Shown: piece after piece, positions 37,575-49,058 of the stretch
Layout: each line of letters starts with the position of its first letter
Numbering within the stretch: the first letter of the stretch is position 1
Notes under the pieces: generated by a model
What the model was told of the DNA's origin: nothing
Databases searched by the model: none
Seen by the model: the letters and a program-made list of their open reading frames with translations, nothing else
Made by a program: the position numbers and the translations under genes
NCBI GenBank assembly: GCA_963775425.1
Contig: CAVZJB010000003.1
Location: 160,001 to 224,000, forward strand
Source of the DNA: an uncultured delta proteobacterium
GTDB lineage: Bacteria > Myxococcota > UBA727 > VGSZ01
Reading direction: 5' to 3'
DNA: 64,000 bases

Positions 37575-40574
37575 AGCTCTCGGCCCTGCTCGACGGTCTG
37601 GACGCCGTGCGCACCGACGCGCTCGGCACCGATCCGTCCGTGGACCATGTGACGATCGACTCGCGCAAGGTGCGCGCGGGGACGCTCTTCGTCGCGTGTC
37701 CGGGAGCGACGCCAGCGTCGCGCGACGGCCACGAGTTCATCGACGCGGCCGTCGAGGCCGGCGCCGCCGCCGTCGTGGTCGCGCGCGGGCGTCGCGACGC
37801 CGCGGACGGCGTCACCGCCGCGGTCCCCGTCGTGGTCGTCGCCGATCCGCGCAAGGCCGCGGCCGTGCTCGCCGAGCGCGCCGCCGGCTCGCCGTCGTCG
37901 CGCCTCGCGCTCGTCGGCGTCACCGGCACCAACGGCAAGACCACGGCCACCTGGCTCTTCGCACAGCTCATGCAGTCTGCCGGCAGGAGGGCCGCCGTCC
38001 TCGGCACGCTCGGCGTCGGCCCCGTCGACGCGCCCCGCTCGCTCGGCTTCACCACTCCCGAGGCCGAGGTGCTCTCCGCGGAGCTGCGCGGCCTCGCCGA
38101 CGAGGGCTTCGACGTCGTCGCCATGGAGGTCTCGTCGCACGCCTTGGCCACCGGGCGCGTGGACGGGCTGCGCTTCTCGGCGTGCGGCTTCACCAACCTC
38201 ACCCGCGATCACCTCGATTTCCATGGAAGTATGGAAGCGTACTTCGACGCCAAGGCCCGGCTCTTCACCGCGCTCGCCCCCGCCGCCCCCGCGCTGCTCC
38301 CCGCCGGCGACGACGTCGACGGCTGGCAACGGAAGCTGCGCGCCCTGCGCCCGGACGCCGCCCTGTGGAGCGTGTCTCCGTCACGGGGCGCTGGTTCGCC
38401 CCACGCGACGCCCGGCGTGCGCGCCGAGGGCGTGGCGCTCGGCGCCGGCGGCATCTCGGGGACGCTCGTCGCCGGTGAGCGCCGCGCGGATTTCTCCTGT
38501 CCGCTCCTCGGGGCCTACAACGTCGACAACGTCCTTGTCGCCGCCGGCCTCGCCCTCGCCCTCGGCGTCGACCTCGACGCTGTCGCGCGCGGCCTGGCCG
38601 CTGTGAAGGCGCCGCCCGGGCGCCTCGAGATCGCGAGCCCCGCGCGCGAGGGCCCCCTCGTCGTCGTCGACTACGCCCATACGCCGGACGCGCTCGAGCG
38701 CGCGCTCCACGCCGTGCGCGCGGTGACCCCGGGCAAGCTCTTCGCCGTGTTCGGCTGCGGCGGAGATCGCGACGCGGGCAAGCGGCCGCTGATGGGTCGC
38801 GTGGCCGCGGAGATCGCGGACGCCGTCGTCGTCACCGACGACAACCCGCGCTCCGAGGACGGCGACGCCATCGCCGCCGCCGTCGAGGCCGGCGTCGCCG
38901 CCGCCGTCGCGGCAGGCACCGCGGCCAAGCGGCGGGTGGAGCCCGCGCGCCTCGCCGCCGGCACCTGGGCCGTCGAGCGCGCTCGTCGCATGGCCATCCG
39001 CGCCGCGGTCCGCGCCGCCGCCCCGGGCGACGCCGTCCTCGTCGCGGGCAAGGGGCACGAGCGCACGCAGACCATCGGCGCGCGCGTGCTCCCCTTCGAC
39101 GATGTCACCGAGGCCCGCCGCGCCCTCGCCGGCGCGCCGGCCCCGGCGTTCCTCGACGCTTCGCTCGTCACCTCCGCGCTCGCCGGGCGCGTGCCGGAGC
39201 TGCGCGGCGAGCTCCCACCGGTGCTTCTCGGCGTCGGCACGGACTCGCGCGCTGGGGTCGCGGGCTCCCTGTTCGTGGCGCTCCCCGGCGAGCGCTTCGA
39301 CGGGCATGACTTCGCCGCCGCGGCGCTGTCCGAGGGGCGCGCGGGCGCCGCCCTCGTGTCGCGCGCGGGTCTCGCCACGCGGCCGCAGCTCGCGCAGGTG
39401 GCGCCGCTCCTCGTCGTCGATGACGCGCTGCTCGCGCTTCAAGACATCGCGCGCGCCTACCTGCGGACGCTGCCCGGCCGCCGCGTGGCGCTCACCGGCA
39501 GCAACGGCAAGACCACCACCAAGGAGCTCATCGGGGCGTGCCTGCGCGCCGCGTTGGGGGCGCCCTACGTCGTCACCACCACCGGGAACCTCAACAACCA
39601 CATCGGCGTGCCGCTCACGGCGCTCGTCTGCGAGCCCGCGCACAAGGCCATGGTCTTCGAGATGGGCATGAACCACCTCGGCGAGATCGCGGCCCTCGCC
39701 GGCATCGTGCGTCCGGAGGTCGGCCTCATCACCAACATCGGCACCGCGCACCAGGGCAACGTCGGCGGCGTCGAGGGAGTGGCGCGCGCCAAGGCCGAGC
39801 TGTTCGAGGCGCTGCCCGAGGGCGGCGTCGCCGTCGTCAACGCCGACGACCCGCGCTGCGTGCGCGAGGCGCAGGACAAGGCCGGGTGCCGACAGAATCT
39901 CCTTCGGCAAGGCGCCCTGGGCCGACGTCAAGCTCGTCTCGGTGCGTGATCGCGAGAGCGGTGGCCAGGAGCTCACCCTCGAGCACGCCGGCGCCTCCGT
40001 CGACGTCGTCATCCCGCTCGAGGGGCGGCACAACGCGCAGAACGCCGCCGGCGCGGTGGCGGCGGGCGTCGCCCTCGGCCTCCCGTTCGAGGTGTGCGCC
40101 CTCGGCCTCGCCCGGGTGCACGGCGTCCACGGCCGGCTCGAGCGCTCGCGGCTCGGCGGCGACGTGTGGCTCCTCGACGACACCTACAACGCCAACACCG
40201 ACTCCATGGAGGCGGCGCTCGCGTCGCTCGCCGACCTCGCGGGCGCGCGGCGCCGGGTCGTCGTCCTAGGCGAGATGCGCGAGCTCGGCGCGTTCGCGGA
40301 GCAGGAGCACAAGCACGTGGGCGCGGCCGCCGCGCAGGCCGCCGCCGCGGCGCTGTTTTCGTGCGGCGATCTCGGGAAGCTCTACGGGGAGGGCGCGCTC
40401 AACGCGGGGCTCGCGCCGTCGTCGTTCACGTGGGCGCCGGACAACGCGGCGCTCGCGGCGCTGGTGGTGGGCGCCGTGAAGGACGGCGACATCGTGCTGG
40501 TCAAGGGATCGCGCGGCGCCCGCATGGAAGTGGTGGTGGACGCGTTGAAGCGGGCAAGGAGAACCGACAGCTAG
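37571..40574 (+). CDS. murE-murF: Fused MurE-MurF ligase, interrupted by a +1 frameshift near 39896
   Basis: MurE motifs GTNGKTT, DYAHTPD, DNPR run without a stop into MurF motifs TDSR, GSNGKTTTKE, GNLNNHIG, EMGMNH; DDTYNAN and KGSRG are in the next frame (39897-40574). Confidence 0.88.
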
Positions 40575-41750
40575 ATGCTCTACCACTTCCTCTACCCGAA
40601 GTTCGTCGGCGAAGCGTCGTTCTTGAACGTGCTGCGCTATCCGTCGTTCCGCATCGTGATGGCGGCGTTGACAGCGCTGGTGCTCACGCTGTTTCTCTAC
40701 CCCGCGTTCATCAAGCGGCTGCAGATCTTCAAGTTCGGCCAACCCGTGCGGAAGGACGGCCCGGAGGCGCACTTCAAGAAGCAGGGCACGCCCACGATGG
40801 GCGGCATCCTGCTCCTCGTGGCCATCTTCGTGTCGACGGTGGTGTGGAGCGACGTGGCGCACCGCGGTGTGTGGCTCCTGCTCCTGGTGACCATGGGCTA
40901 CGGCGCCGTCGGCTTCTACGACGACTACAAGAAGATCAAGTTCAAGGACCCCGAGGGCCTGTCGGGCAGGTGGAAGCTGTTCTGGCAGCTCGCCATCGGT
41001 GGCGTGGCGATCTCGCTGTACGCGAGCGGCGCCATCGACGGGCCCGTGCCGCCCGACACCTCGGTGAGCCTGCCGTTCATCTCCATCAAGCTGTTCAACC
41101 CCGCGCTCCCGGGCCTGTTGTACTTCCCGTTCGCCCTCATCGTGCTGCTCGTCGGCACCTCGAACGCGGTGAACCTCACCGACGGTCTCGACGGCCTCGC
41201 CATCGGCCCCATCATGGTGTCGACGTTCGTGTTCCTGATGCTGGCGTACGCCGCCGGCACCACCATCGCCGACTTCAACATCGCCAACTACCTGCGCATC
41301 ACCCACGTCGACGGCGCGGCCGAGCTGTGCGTGTTCTGCGCCTCCGTCCTCGGCGCGGGCATCGGTTTCCTCTGGTACAACGCGTACCCCGCGCAGGTCT
41401 TCATGGGCGACGTCGGCGCGCTCGCGCTCGGCGGCGCGCTCGGCATGCTCGCCATCCTCACGAAGAACGAGGTGCTCTCCGCCATCCTGAACGGCGTGTT
41501 CCTCGCGGAGACGCTGTCGGTGATCATCCAGCGCGTCTTCTTCGCGGTCACCAAGCGCACCGACGCGCGCCGGCGCGGCGTCCCGCTCGCCGAGGGCGTG
41601 GGGCGGCGCGTGTTCCGCATGGCGCCGCTGCACCACCACTTCGAGAAGCTCGAGGAGGACGCGTGGCCCGAGCCGCGCATCATCGTCCGTTTCTGGATCA
41701 TCTCCGTGATGCTGGCGCTGGTGGCGCTGGCCTCGCTGAAGCTGAGGTAA
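40575..41750 (+). CDS. mraY: Phospho-N-acetylmuramoyl-pentapeptide transferase
   Basis: KQGTPTMGG, NAVNLTDGLDGL, FMGDVG, MAPLHHHFE. Confidence 0.96.
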   Translation: MLYHFLYPKFVGEASFLNVLRYPSFRIVMAALTALVLTLFLYPAFIKRLQIFKFGQPVRKDGPEAHFKKQGTPTMGGILLLVAIFVSTVVWSDVAHRGVWLLLLVTMGYGAVGFYDDYKKIKFKDPEGLSGRWKLFWQLAIGGVAISLYASGAIDGPVPPDTSVSLPFISIKLFNPALPGLLYFPFALIVLLVGTSNAVNLTDGLDGLAIGPIMVSTFVFLMLAYAAGTTIADFNIANYLRITHVDGAAELCVFCASVLGAGIGFLWYNAYPAQVFMGDVGALALGGALGMLAILTKNEVLSAILNGVFLAETLSVIIQRVFFAVTKRTDARRRGVPLAEGVGRRVFRMAPLHHHFEKLEEDAWPEPRIIVRFWIISVMLALVALASLKLR

Positions 41751-41757
41751 CGCAGCG

Positions 41758-43401
41758 ATGCCGCCCCCGCCTCCCGCAGCACCCGGCCTGGAAGCGTTGC
41801 TCGACGCGCTGCGCGCGGGCGCCGCCGGGCGCGTGGTCGTCGTCGGCGGCGGCCGCACCGGCGGCGCCGCCGCGCGGCTCCTGGCGCGGCTCGGGGGCGC
41901 GCCCACGGTGGTCGACGACGCGCCCGCCGAGAAGCTCCGCGAGGGCCTCATCAAGGCGGGCGTGGACGCCGCCGCGCTCGTCGACGGCGCGCCCGAGCCA
42001 GCGAGCGCCTCCGGCGTCTCCGGCATCGTCGGCGTCGTCGGCGGCGGCATCCCCGCCGCCGTCGTCGCCGGCGCCGACCTGCTCGTGCTCTCGCCCGGCG
42101 TCCCGCGCGCGCACCCGGCGGTGGCGCCGGCGCTGGCGAGCGTCCCGTGCGTGAACGAGGTGGAGCTCGCCGCAGGCGTCCTGGCCGCCCACGGCGTCGC
42201 GCCCGCGCTCATCGGCGTCACCGGCACCAACGGCAAGTCGACGACGACGACGATGTGCGGCGCCATCGCCCGCGCGTGGGATCCGAACGCGTTCGTGGGC
42301 GGGAACCTCGGGACGCCCTACTGCGCCTGCGCCCTCGACGTCCTCGACCACAAGCCCGCGCCCCGGGTCGCGGTGCTCGAGCTGTCGAGCTACCAGCTCG
42401 AGACCATCCAGATGCTCGCGCTCGACGCCGCCGTGGTGACGAACCTGTCGCCCGACCACCTCGACCGCTACCCGGACGCCGCCGCCTACTACGCCGCCAA
42501 GGCCCGCATCTTCGCCCTCGTGAAGCCCGGCGGCGGCGCCGCGCTCAACGCCGCCGACCCGGAGAGCCGCGCGCACCTCGCCGCCGCCGCCCAGGGCGTC
42601 GGCGCGCGCTGTGACTTCGATATTTCCATAGGAATCGAAGACGTCGCGTCGACGTCCTTGCGCGCCGGGTCCTCCGCGGAGCCCCCCGGGGCGATCGAGA
42701 TCGTCGCTGGGCCCCCGGCGCGCCTGCGGGTGCTGCCGCCCCTGGCCCACGCGCCCACCATGGTCCCGGCGCCGGCGGAGGGGGCGGGCGCGGTGCCGGT
42801 CATCGAGGTGACCCTCAAAAACCCGCACATCGTCGGCCACCACAACCGGCAAAACGCCGCCGCCGCCGTCGCCGGCGCGCTGCTCGCGGGGATCCCGCCC
42901 GCCGCGTGGCAGGCCGGCCTCGACGCGTACGCCGGGATCGCGCACCGGCTCGAGCGGGTCGGGGAGCACGCCGGCGTCGCCTGGTTCAACGACAGCAAGG
43001 GCACCAACGTCGACGCCACCGTCACGGCGGTGAAGAGCTTCGCCGGCGGCGTCCACCTCATCGCCGGTGGCCGCGGCAAAGGCACGCCGTACGCGCCCCT
43101 CGTCGACGTCAGCAAGGGCAGGGTCGCCGCCGTGTACACCATCGGCGAGGACGCGCAGAAGATCGGCGACGCCTACGCCGCCGCCGGCTTCAGCGTCGTC
43201 CCCTGCGGCACGCTCGACGTCGCCTGCGACAAGGCCGCGGCCGCGGCGAAGCCCGGCGAGGTCATCCTCTTGTCGCCGGCGTGCGCGTCGTTCGATCAGT
43301 TTCGTGACTACGCGCAGCGCGGCGAAGCGTTCCGCGCGGAATTCGAGCGGCGCCACGGCCGCGCCACGGCGGGAGCGCCGCCCGGAGGGAAGCCGCAATG
43401 A
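41758..43401 (+). CDS. murD: UDP-MurNAc-L-Ala--D-Glu ligase
   Basis: SPGV, GTNGKSTT, ELSSYQL, DHLDRY, NDSKGTN, LSPACASFDQF. Confidence 0.93.
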   Translation: MPPPPPAAPGLEALLDALRAGAAGRVVVVGGGRTGGAAARLLARLGGAPTVVDDAPAEKLREGLIKAGVDAAALVDGAPEPASASGVSGIVGVVGGGIPAAVVAGADLLVLSPGVPRAHPAVAPALASVPCVNEVELAAGVLAAHGVAPALIGVTGTNGKSTTTTMCGAIARAWDPNAFVGGNLGTPYCACALDVLDHKPAPRVAVLELSSYQLETIQMLALDAAVVTNLSPDHLDRYPDAAAYYAAKARIFALVKPGGGAALNAADPESRAHLAAAAQGVGARCDFDISIGIEDVASTSLRAGSSAEPPGAIEIVAGPPARLRVLPPLAHAPTMVPAPAEGAGAVPVIEVTLKNPHIVGHHNRQNAAAAVAGALLAGIPPAAWQAGLDAYAGIAHRLERVGEHAGVAWFNDSKGTNVDATVTAVKSFAGGVHLIAGGRGKGTPYAPLVDVSKGRVAAVYTIGEDAQKIGDAYAAAGFSVVPCGTLDVACDKAAAAAKPGEVILLSPACASFDQFRDYAQRGEAFRAEFERRHGRATAGAPPGGKPQ

Positions 43402-44573
43402 ACATCCTGCGCCCGCGCGTCGACGCGCCTTTGCTGTTCGCCGTGCTCACGCTGGTCGGGCTCGGCGTGGTGATGGTCGCCGCCAGCTCGCCGGTGCTCG
43501 CCGCCGCCAGCAACGGTGACGCGCTTTACTTCGTGAAGCGTCAAATCGCGTTCGCCGTCGCTGGCTCCTTCGCGCTCGTCGCCGGAGCCGCCGTGGCGCC
43601 GGCCGCGCTCGAGCGGCGTGCGCTGCCGCTCCTCGGCGTGGCGCTCCTGCTGCTCGTGCTCGTGCTCGTGCCCGGCATCGGCCACGTCGCCGGCGGCTCG
43701 CGGCGCTGGTTCCAGCTCGGGCCCGTGGGCCTCCAGGCCGGCGAGGTCGCCAAGCTCGCCGTCGTCGTCACGCTCGCGGCCTCGCTGTCCCGGCGCGCGC
43801 CGTCGACGGCGGCCAAGGTGTCGCGGCTGGTGGTCCCCGCGGTCGCCATGGCGCTGCTCCTCGGAGAGCCCGACTTCGGGACCGCGGTGCTGGTCGCCTC
43901 GGTGACCTTCGTGATGCTCTTCGTCGGCGGCGCGCGCGTGGGCGCGCTGGCGGGCATCGTGGCGCTGGCGGTACCCGCGGGCGTCGTCGTGGTGTCGACG
44001 AGCGCGTACCGCATGCGACGGGTGCTCGCCTTCCTCGACCCTTGGGCCCACCGGTACGACATCGGCTACCAGATCACCGAGTCGCTCATGACCGTGGGCT
44101 CGGGCGGCCTGTTCGGGCTCGGCCTCGGCGAGAGCAAGCAGAAGCTGTTCTTCCTGCCGGCGGCGCACACGGACTTCATCTTCGCCGTCATCGGCGAGGA
44201 GCTCGGCTTCCTCGGGGTGCTGCTCGTCCTCGTCTGCCTCGCGGTCATCGGCTGGCGGGCGATGAAGGCGGCGCTCAAGGCGCAGTCGGCGTTCTCGTCG
44301 CTGCTCATCGTGGGCCTGGCGTCCACCATCATCATCCAGGCGTCGTTCAACATCGCCGTGGCGCTCGGCCTCGTGCCCACCAAGGGCATCACGTTGCCGT
44401 TCGTGAGCTACGGCGGCTCGAGCCTCATCATGAGCATGCTGTGCGCGGGGTTGCTCCTGCGGGCCTGCGCCGACGCGCTCGCGCCGGCGGCGCCGGCGGC
44501 GGCGGAGGCCCGCCGTCCGATCACCGGGTCGTGGGCGCGGTTGCCGAAAGCGCCCGCGCTGGAGGGCTCATGA
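43398..44573 (+). CDS. ftsW: Peptidoglycan glycosyltransferase FtsW
   Basis: RW, EPDFGT, GYQ, LPAAHTDFIF, LPFVSYGGSS. Confidence 0.94.
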   Translation: MNILRPRVDAPLLFAVLTLVGLGVVMVAASSPVLAAASNGDALYFVKRQIAFAVAGSFALVAGAAVAPAALERRALPLLGVALLLLVLVLVPGIGHVAGGSRRWFQLGPVGLQAGEVAKLAVVVTLAASLSRRAPSTAAKVSRLVVPAVAMALLLGEPDFGTAVLVASVTFVMLFVGGARVGALAGIVALAVPAGVVVVSTSAYRMRRVLAFLDPWAHRYDIGYQITESLMTVGSGGLFGLGLGESKQKLFFLPAAHTDFIFAVIGEELGFLGVLLVLVCLAVIGWRAMKAALKAQSAFSSLLIVGLASTIIIQASFNIAVALGLVPTKGITLPFVSYGGSSLIMSMLCAGLLLRACADALAPAAPAAAEARRPITGSWARLPKAPALEGS

Positions 44574-45736
44574 GGCTCGTCATCGCAGGCGGCGGCACCG
44601 GCGGCCACCTGTTCCCCGGCATCGCCGTCGCCGAGTCCCTCCTCGCCATGGACGCCGGCAGCGAGGTGCTCTTCGTCGGCACCGAGCGCGGCATCGAGGC
44701 GCGCGCGGTGCCCAAGGCGGGCTTCGGGCTCGCGCTCATCGAGGTTGGCGGCCTCAAGCGGGTGGGCTTGAAGAAGCGCATCACCACGCTCTTGCAGCTC
44801 CCGGCGTCGCTGTTCGCGTCCAGGAAGATCCTCCGCGACTTCCGCGCCGACGCCGTGCTCGGCGTGGGCGGCTACGCCTCGGGCCCGGTGCTCGTCGCCG
44901 CGCGCACCCTCGGGCTGCCCACGGCCATCTGTGAGCAGAACTCGGTCCCCGGCGTCACCAACAAGATCCTCGCGAAGATCGTCGACAGGGTCTTTGTGAC
45001 GTTCGACGCGTCGCGCGCGTTCTTCCCGGCGAACAAGACGGTGCTCGTGGGAAACCCGGTGCGGCGCGCGTTCCTCGAGGCCGCCAAGCGGTCGGCGCCC
45101 GACGTCGAGCGCGGCCTGGTGTTCACGTTCGGCGGCTCGCAGGGCGCGCGCCCGTTGAACGACGGCGTGCCCCGGGCGCTCGCGCTCTTGAAGGAGCGCG
45201 GCCGCGACGTGCGCGCGCTTCACCAGGCCGGCAAGGACGCCGTGCCCGCCGTCGAGGCCGCCTACGCCGCCGCCGGCGTCGAGGCGGAGGTGACGCCGTT
45301 CATCGACGACATGGTGAGCGCGTACCGCAAAGCCCACGTCGTCATCTGCCGCGCGGGGGCCACGTCGTGCGCCGAGATCGGCGCGCTCGGCGTGCCGGCC
45401 ATCCTGGTGCCTTTCCCCCAGGCGGCGGACGACCACCAGAAAAAGAACGCGCGCGACCTCGAGAAGGCCGGCGGATGCGTGGTGCTGCCGCAGGCCGAGC
45501 TCACGCCGGAGCGCCTCGCCGACGAGCTCGAGAAGATCCTCGACGACGACGACCGCCGCGCCCGCCTCAGCGCCGGCGCCAAGGCCTGGGGGCGCATCGA
45601 CGCCGGCGACGTCGTGGCGCGTGGCGCGCTGTCGGGCTTCGCCCGCGCGGCGGTCGGCCACCTCGGGGCCGGCGGGGGGCGAGCCCCCGCGCCACGTCCA
45701 CGGGTCGCCGGGGCGACCGCGGGGAGGCGCGCGTGA
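44570..45736 (+). CDS. murG: Undecaprenyl-PP-MurNAc-pentapeptide GlcNAc transferase
   Basis: GGGTGGH, GGYAS, EQN, GNPVR, GGSQGA, DHQ..NA. Confidence 0.95.
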   Translation: MRLVIAGGGTGGHLFPGIAVAESLLAMDAGSEVLFVGTERGIEARAVPKAGFGLALIEVGGLKRVGLKKRITTLLQLPASLFASRKILRDFRADAVLGVGGYASGPVLVAARTLGLPTAICEQNSVPGVTNKILAKIVDRVFVTFDASRAFFPANKTVLVGNPVRRAFLEAAKRSAPDVERGLVFTFGGSQGARPLNDGVPRALALLKERGRDVRALHQAGKDAVPAVEAAYAAAGVEAEVTPFIDDMVSAYRKAHVVICRAGATSCAEIGALGVPAILVPFPQAADDHQKKNARDLEKAGGCVVLPQAELTPERLADELEKILDDDDRRARLSAGAKAWGRIDAGDVVARGALSGFARAAVGHLGAGGGRAPAPRPRVAGATAGRRA

Positions 45737-47163
45737 CGCAGCTCTTTCGCGGGCGCGTGCGGCGCGTTCACCTCGTCGGCATCGGCGGCATCGGCATGAG
45801 CGGCATCGCCGAGGTGCTCCTCGCGCTCGGCTTCGAGGTGCATGGCTCGGACCTCAAGGCCGGCGACACCACGCGGCGCCTCGCCGCGCAGGGCGCCAAG
45901 ATCGCGTACGGGCACCGCGAGGACAACGTGGACAACGCCGACGTCGTCGTCATGTCCTCGGCGGTCCATCCCGACAATCCTGAGATCGTCAAAGCAACCC
46001 ACGAGGGCATCCCGGTCATCCCGCGCGCCGAGATGCTCGCGGAGCTGATGCGCCTCAAGCACGGCATCGCCGTCGCCGGCTCGCATGGCAAGACCACCAC
46101 GACGAGCCTCGTCGCCGCGGTCTTGAACGAGGGCGGCCTCGACCCCACCGTCATCATCGGCGGCAAGGTCAACCAGCTCGGCAGCAACGCCAAGGTCGGC
46201 AGCGGCGACGTCCTCGTGGCCGAGGCCGACGAGAGCGACGGCAGCTTCCTGAAGCTCACGCCCACCATCGCCGTGGTCACCAACCTCGACCTCGAGCACG
46301 TCGACCACTACACCGGCGGGCTGCCGGAGCTCCACGCGGCGTTCTCGAGCTTCGTGAACCGCGTGCCGTTCTACGGCCTCGCGGTCTTGTGCATCGACGA
46401 GGAGAACGTGCAGGCGCTCGTGCCCACGGTGAGCCGCCGCTTCGTCACCTACGGCCGCTCGCGCCAGGCGGACTACCGCGCGACGGCCGTCAGCCATGCC
46501 GGGCTCGCGTCGAGCTTCACCGTGGTGCGCCGGGGCGACGAGCTCGGCCGCCTCACGCTCAACCTGGCCGGCGACCACAACGTCTTGAACGCCCTCGCCG
46601 CCGTCGCCGTCGCCGACGAGCTCGCCATTCCCTTCGCCAGGACGGCGGCGGCCCTGCAGGCGTTCCAGGGCGTGCAGCGCCGCTTCACCCAGCGCGGCGA
46701 GGCGGGCGGCGTGCTCGTCATCGACGACTACGGGCACCACCCGGTGGAGATCCGCGCCACGCTCGCCGCGGCGCGCCAGGCCTACCCGGGGCGGCGCATC
46801 GTGGCGCTCTTCCAGCCGCACCGCTACACGCGCACCGCCGCCCTCAAGGACGAGTTCGGCCGCGCGTTCAACGACGCTGACGTCGTCGTGGTCGCCCCCG
46901 TGTACGCCGCCGGCGAGGCGCCCATCGAGGGCGCGTCCGGCGAGGCCGTGGCCGAGGCGCTCGCGCGCCATGGGCACCACGACGCCCACGCGGCCGCCAG
47001 CCTCGACGACGCCGTCGCGCGCGTCGCCGCCGTCCTTCAGCCCGGCGACGTGGTCATCACGCAGGGCGCCGGCGACGTGACCAACGCCGGCCCCGAGCTC
47101 TTGCGCCGCCTCGAGCCCGGCGACTCCACCCCTCCCGCGCCCGCCGGCGAGGGGGGCGCGTGA
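45733..47163 (+). CDS. murC: UDP-MurNAc--L-alanine ligase
   Basis: [38 protein letters not shown]. Confidence 0.95.
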   Translation: MTQLFRGRVRRVHLVGIGGIGMSGIAEVLLALGFEVHGSDLKAGDTTRRLAAQGAKIAYGHREDNVDNADVVVMSSAVHPDNPEIVKATHEGIPVIPRAEMLAELMRLKHGIAVAGSHGKTTTTSLVAAVLNEGGLDPTVIIGGKVNQLGSNAKVGSGDVLVAEADESDGSFLKLTPTIAVVTNLDLEHVDHYTGGLPELHAAFSSFVNRVPFYGLAVLCIDEENVQALVPTVSRRFVTYGRSRQADYRATAVSHAGLASSFTVVRRGDELGRLTLNLAGDHNVLNALAAVAVADELAIPFARTAAALQAFQGVQRRFTQRGEAGGVLVIDDYGHHPVEIRATLAAARQAYPGRRIVALFQPHRYTRTAALKDEFGRAFNDADVVVVAPVYAAGEAPIEGASGEAVAEALARHGHHDAHAAASLDDAVARVAAVLQPGDVVITQGAGDVTNAGPELLRRLEPGDSTPPAPAGEGGA

Positions 47164-48080
47164 ACGCCGTCGCGCTCGACGACATGGCCGCCGCGCTCGG
47201 CGGCATCGAGCGCCAGCGCGACGCGCCGCTGTCGCGGCGGACCACCTTCGGCATCGGGGGCCCCGCGGACCTGCTCGTGGTCGCCCGCGAGGAGGACGAG
47301 GTGGTGCGCACCCTCGCGCTCGCCGAGGAGCGGGACCTCCCGGTGTTCGTCCTCGGCGGTGGGTCGAACCTGTTGGTCGGCGACAAGGGCATCCGCGGCG
47401 TGGTGCTCACGCTCTCGGGGACGCTCGCGTCGCTGCAGGTCCTCGAGGACGGCCGCGCCATCGACACCGGCGCCGGCGTCACCTACCCGCGCCTCACGCG
47501 CACGGCGCTCGACCTCGGCTGGCCGCCCGCCGTCGGTTGGATGGGGACGCCCGGGCAAGTGGGAGGCGCGCTCATCATGAACGCCGGCACGCGCCACGGC
47601 GAGATTGGCGACGTCGTCGTCGAGGTGCGCGCGGCCGGCGCCCAGGGTCCGTTGCGGCTCGACCACGCCGCGTGCGGCTTCGCGTATCGAAAAAGCGCAT
47701 TTCCTCCCCGGGCGGTATTGACGGGAACACTTCTTCGATGTGACAGTCATCGAACTGAAGAATCTGGAGCGCTCGACGCGATGGCCAAAGACCTCTTGCA
47801 CCGTCGCCACGCCTCGCAGCCGAAGCTCCGCAGCGCCGGGTCCATCTTCAAGAACCCGCCGGGCGACTTCGCCGGCCGCCTCATCGAGGCTGCGGGGCTC
47901 AAGGGCTTCCGTGTGGGCAACGCCCAGGTGAGCGACGTTCACGCCAACTTCGTCGTCAACGTGGGCGGCGCCAGCGCGGCCGACGTCGTCGCCGTCGCCA
48001 CGCACGCGCAGCGCGCCGTGCGCGAGCGGCTCGGCGTGGACCTCGAGTGGGAGGTTCGACGCGTGGGTGAGTTTGCGTGA
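47160..48080 (+). CDS. murB: UDP-N-acetylenolpyruvoylglucosamine reductase
   Basis: [27 protein letters not shown]. Confidence 0.94.
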   Translation: MNAVALDDMAAALGGIERQRDAPLSRRTTFGIGGPADLLVVAREEDEVVRTLALAEERDLPVFVLGGGSNLLVGDKGIRGVVLTLSGTLASLQVLEDGRAIDTGAGVTYPRLTRTALDLGWPPAVGWMGTPGQVGGALIMNAGTRHGEIGDVVVEVRAAGAQGPLRLDHAACGFAYRKSAFPPRAVLTGTLLRCDSHRTEESGALDAMAKDLLHRRHASQPKLRSAGSIFKNPPGDFAGRLIEAAGLKGFRVGNAQVSDVHANFVVNVGGASAADVVAVATHAQRAVRERLGVDLEWEVRRVGEFA

Positions 48081-49015
48081 AGCAGCCGCCCCGCCCCCGC
48101 ACGCCGCCCATCACCGGGTCGTGGCGCGTGCCGTCGCGTGACCCGCAGCGGCTCACCACCGACGTGCACACCAAGCGCCGCACGTCGTCGCTGCCGCGCC
48201 GGCTCCTGTGGGGACGCCTCGCGCGCGGCATGGCGCTGTTCGGGCTGGCGGTCCTCGCCGCCGTCGGCGTCGTGCAGGTGGCGTCGTGGGCGGAGAAGAC
48301 GCACGCGTTGCCGGTGCGCACCGTGGCCGTGCGCGCGGCGCCGGGGGCACCCGCCCTCGACGAGCAGCGGGCCGACGAGGTCCGCTCCTACGCAGGGGTC
48401 GTGAAGGGCCAGCCGCTGTTCTCCGTGGACCCCGACGCGGTCGCGGCGCGGGTGCTCGAGCACCCCTTCATCGCGTCCGCGGTCGTCCGCCGGGTGCCGC
48501 CGGACGGCGTCGAGATCACGGTGACGCCGCGCGCCCCCGTCGCTGCGCTCTCGGCCGCCGGCGCCGTCTACCTCGTCGACGCCCGCGGCGGCGTCATGAA
48601 GAGCGCCCGCGCGGGCGACGGCCTCGACCTGCCCGTGATCACCGGGCTCGCCGCCGCCGACGTCGCGTCCGGCGCGGCGGCGCCGGCGCTCTGTGGTGCC
48701 GTGGGCCTCCTGGCGGCGTTCGCGGCCGCGGGAGCGCCGGGTGGCCCCGCCGGTGAGGTGACCGCGCTGCCCGGCGGCGGCTTCGACCTCGTGCTCGAGG
48801 ACGGGACGCGGGTTCGCCTGGGGCGCGACAAGCTGGAGGACAAGGTCGCCCGCCTCGACGCCGTGGTGCGGCGCCTGCAGAGCGCGGGGCGGACGGCGAG
48901 CTTCATCTATTTGGACGACGACCGCAGGCCCGAGAGGGCGGCGGTTCGTCTCCGGCCAGAGCGCGAGAGCGCGACGGCTGGTGGAGACAATCAGATTCCG
49001 CGAGAGCGGGGTTAG
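48077..49015 (+). CDS. ftsQ: Cell division protein FtsQ
   Basis: TM plus POTRA-like domain (HPFIASAVVRRVPP), LPVITG; position before ftsA. Confidence 0.85.
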   Translation: MKQPPRPRTPPITGSWRVPSRDPQRLTTDVHTKRRTSSLPRRLLWGRLARGMALFGLAVLAAVGVVQVASWAEKTHALPVRTVAVRAAPGAPALDEQRADEVRSYAGVVKGQPLFSVDPDAVAARVLEHPFIASAVVRRVPPDGVEITVTPRAPVAALSAAGAVYLVDARGGVMKSARAGDGLDLPVITGLAAADVASGAAAPALCGAVGLLAAFAAAGAPGGPAGEVTALPGGGFDLVLEDGTRVRLGRDKLEDKVARLDAVVRRLQSAGRTASFIYLDDDRRPERAAVRLRPERESATAGGDNQIPRERG

Positions 49016-49058
49016 AGACAAGCGGCGCAGCGAGAGCGGCGTCGAGGGAGGCGTTTAC

